Positions 61,022-64,000 of a DNA stretch of 64,000 nucleotides are shown piece by piece. A program made the translations under genes and the position numbers. The stretch comes from Rhodosorus marinus CCMP1338 (Eukaryota; Plantae; Rhodophyta), in the NCBI GenBank assembly GCA_029953675.1, contig JAMWBK010000002.1, positions 1,612,001 to 1,676,000 on the forward strand, written 5' to 3'. Under the pieces are notes generated by a model. The model saw nothing but the letters and a program-made list of their open reading frames with translations, had not been told where the DNA came from and did no database searches. Each line of letters opens with the position of its first letter. Position 1 is the first letter of the stretch.

Positions 61022-62687
61022 TAAATCCACCAGAGCAAGCATCGTTCTCCCTGATCTCCTGGATCGTAGATGGCATTGATTTTCCAACGATTCGGCTTCG
61101 GGACTTGTGGGCTTCCATTTGCCGGATACCTCCACACAGGAGGGTCTTTTCTGGAGTCCTCGAGTTGTGGCGGTTGCTTGCTCGCTGGTGACCGATAGAC
61201 TTGTGCTTGTATGCAGAGAGCCTTGAATGGGGCATGAGCTTCGTTAGGGACGTTACTATGAAACAAATACTTGGGGTCTCCGCTCAGGGGTTTTAATCTT
61301 GGGAGCACATGGATAACCCGGAATGTGCGCCGGAATGTGTGCCAGAGGTGCTATACTCGTGGAACATCCGCCGTCGTTTAGGTCGATTAAATCAAGAGCA
61401 GGGGTGTTGTATCCTCGCTACAAATTCTGGCAAAAGTTGGTCGTTCAGACTTTCCTTGTTTCAGGTGTACCAGTACTATCCATTCAATATCATACACGTG
61501 TCCTCAGATAATTCTCCCTCCTTTGTAATTCAAAATCAGATATCAGAAATCAGTGATAAATTCCTTATATATAATCATTGCTCTGGCTTTTTGAGAGCCA
61601 CCTAGTTTTCTTCCTCTCGTTCAAACCCCGGTTGTGGACGTGGCTTTGTCACTTCTGGGGATGCTTTGCTTCTGGCTGGGATCAGTTCCTATACACGGTG
61701 CGTTCCAATAAAATTCCCTGGCGCAGTTTTTCCAGGAACTTAGAAATTGGGTTCTCGCCTGCATGGGTTCACTATGCCGAGCGTCGTATAGTAGACTCCT
61801 GGAGCGGAATAACGCTGCCCCTTTCAGAGAGGTCAACCAATCAATCGACTCAGTAGAAAAGATTCATCTCCGAACGGGGGCTGGACGACTTGTTCCTTGT
61901 TTTTCCGGGAAGGGATCAGCACTATGTTTGGTGGGGAGCGAGACAGGCCAAAGCGTCTCTACAGACTCTGGTTTACTTGAAACCGACAACCCCCGACCCC
62001 GTAGCCTTTATTCGGCAGATGGGTTGTCCCAGCACAGGAGCCATAAGAGTGTGACTATTCTCTGGAGCTCTAAAGGTTCAAGCAAATGTCATTAAGCAGA
62101 GACGGGCTCCTCAAGCCTGGAACCGAAGCAGGATTATTCACTGGGAAGACTTTTTGTCGAGGGCAAACGTGTGCCAGTGTCCACAGATGCTGGGCCACAT
62201 TATTTCCCAAAGGTCTATTCAAAAAAATTCCTTATTGTTTGTTTTTGTTATCTGTCAGCGAAAATCTGAGAAAACCAAACCAACCGTTTATTCTCGCAGA
62301 ATACGAGTAGGCCGAAATTTTTCGTGAAAAGGGGCTTGGATATTCTTATAAAAAAATGAAATCGTGATCAATGGACACGCAGTGGACTGAACAGAGGGTC
62401 TTGCGATCCTCCGAAAATGAGTGGGAGGGAAGGGGAGTTTTCTTCAGCGCGCGGCAGATGGGGAGCCTTTGAGTGCGGAACCGTGATCTTCGGAAGACTC
62501 TTTATTTCTCTTGGATTTCGGAAGAGGCCCGGCAGGTGATCGTTAGGGAGAGGAAGAGGATTATGCGGGATAGATGCCGAAGGGAGCAATCTGGAGGTCT
62601 AGATCATGAGAACAGCTGATGAATGACGCATTCAGTTGCGCATAATATAGGGTTTTCTTTTCGGAAAACAGAATAGAGCGCTGCAGA

Positions 62688-63701
62688 ATGAGTCGGATAG
62701 TATTTGCATGGGTTTGCTTTGTGAGCGTTGTGGGATTTGCGCGTGGAGAGGTAGACCGGATCCCAGAGTTGGACGAATGTGGTGAGAGTGGGCCTGCGGA
62801 GACTTTCTTAATGGGTTTCTTGGGACATTCGGGGTCATCGGCAGTGATGTCGCAGCTCTATTTACACTCAGATCTACATGTTCCTTGGCCTCTGGAGCCG
62901 ATGCAGAAATATATCAGGTCTCCCGAAGAAGGAGCGAAATGGACGGAGGACTTTTTTCTGACTGGAAAAGGCATGGGCTTGGTACCAGGGTTCAAACTGC
63001 GCCCAGGTCATATCGACGAGTCAGTGGAGCTTTGGTCGGAGCTCATTAGAAAGTATAACACGCGATTTATTCGCCAGGACAGGACAGATCTGCTCAAGGG
63101 TGCTATCGGGCTGTACTCCATTCGCGCAAGGTTTGACAGCTCCGCAGTTGCCGGTCTTGAGAAAGGGGAAGGTGAAACTCACTGCGCCCTACATCCAGAG
63201 CAGTGCTATTTTGAGATCGAGAATGTGCGCTTTTTCGCGTACTTGATGCATATGGTTCAGGACGGCATTCGGCAGCTTGATGATTTTGCCGACCTGCTGC
63301 CCTGGAAATGTCAGCTAAACGTCACCTACGAAGAGTACATGCATGACAAAGATGCAACTATGAAGAGAATATTTGATTTTATTGGCGTGGATTACCAAGA
63401 GCATGAATCGTCCTTCGAGAAGGCCCTTTCGGACAACCCATGCGAGACGGTGACAAACTATCAGCACGTTTGTGCGCAACTCTGGGGTTGCGAACAGTTC
63501 CAACCGTTCCTGGACAACGAAGAGCAAGGCTGCTACTGCCTTGACAAGGAACACCCGAGGAATGCAGAATTGTGCGATGTAGATGCGCTGATTGGCAGCG
63601 GTACCGTGCTGTGCCAGCGGCGACAAGAGAATGGGACAATGAAAATGTTCGCTTGTACAGGCGAGGAGATTGAGAACAAAACAAAACGACGTGATACGTA
63701 A
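62688..63701 (+). CDS. Intronless Stf0-like PAPS-dependent sulfotransferase with N-terminal signal peptide
   Basis: Hydrophobic N-terminus; FLGHSGSS (5'PSB-like loop), GFKL, FIRQDRTDLL (3'PB-like), VTYEEYMHDKDATMKRIFDFIGV. Confidence 0.78.
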   Translation: MSRIVFAWVCFVSVVGFARGEVDRIPELDECGESGPAETFLMGFLGHSGSSAVMSQLYLHSDLHVPWPLEPMQKYIRSPEEGAKWTEDFFLTGKGMGLVPGFKLRPGHIDESVELWSELIRKYNTRFIRQDRTDLLKGAIGLYSIRARFDSSAVAGLEKGEGETHCALHPEQCYFEIENVRFFAYLMHMVQDGIRQLDDFADLLPWKCQLNVTYEEYMHDKDATMKRIFDFIGVDYQEHESSFEKALSDNPCETVTNYQHVCAQLWGCEQFQPFLDNEEQGCYCLDKEHPRNAELCDVDALIGSGTVLCQRRQENGTMKMFACTGEEIENKTKRRDT

Positions 63702-64000
63702 AGCGCTACATTTTTAATTCAGTTTTTCCTAACTCTTATTTTCCCGGAAGCGCGTACACTAGCTAGAGCTGAGTTTGTTCTCGCGTCCTTGCTGCATGGT
63801 CACGTTCCGCCTGGGACTGCACTCTTTGGCAAGCTTGGCTTGTGCGCTGCGTGTTCAAATGATGAGTTGTTTTTGGATACCTTCGTGCAAGGCCATAGCT
63901 TGAAACCTCACTCCGACTAGGAGAGCCGGTGATCGCTCCGCAGCGATGTGATTTGAGCTGTATCATCGCACTAGCTAGGACGCTTTTACTGGCCCCAAGT

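Overview
A eukaryotic nuclear window with compact genes and short (mostly ~55-100 nt) GT-AG introns. Gene content (At2g45990-like HAD, Raf-like TKL kinase, NLP-like GAF domain, secretory sulfotransferase) points to an alga, possibly a red alga; this is inference. Confident housekeeping genes: TOP2 (5' truncated), NPL4, UTP6, MCM4, a TKL kinase, a PH-AGC kinase, an R3H protein and a HAD hydrolase. Three genes have unusual architectures: a TrmH/SpoU-like domain with degenerate catalytic motifs plus a long unknown extension; a transcription factor with a bZIP-type basic region on an HLH-zipper scaffold plus a GAF-like domain; and a GSTCD-type methyltransferase fused to R3H. A TE graveyard spans ~39-49 kb: a rearranged chromovirus Ty3/gypsy whose RT YSDD motif is flipped onto the opposite strand, two different LTRs abutting CA|TG, a remnant -1 frameshift signal, a hAT-like relic and a perfect 17-1-17 palindrome. 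There is also a scrambled Ty1/copia at 55-56.6 kb and a tRNA-like/SINE-like element at 60.9 kb. I saw no CRISPR array, rRNA, intact tRNA or Fanzor/TnpB. I cannot claim a wholly new multi-gene system; the best novelty candidates are the odd protein architectures and the tRNA-like element. Exon joins were read by eye and coordinates are gene spans.
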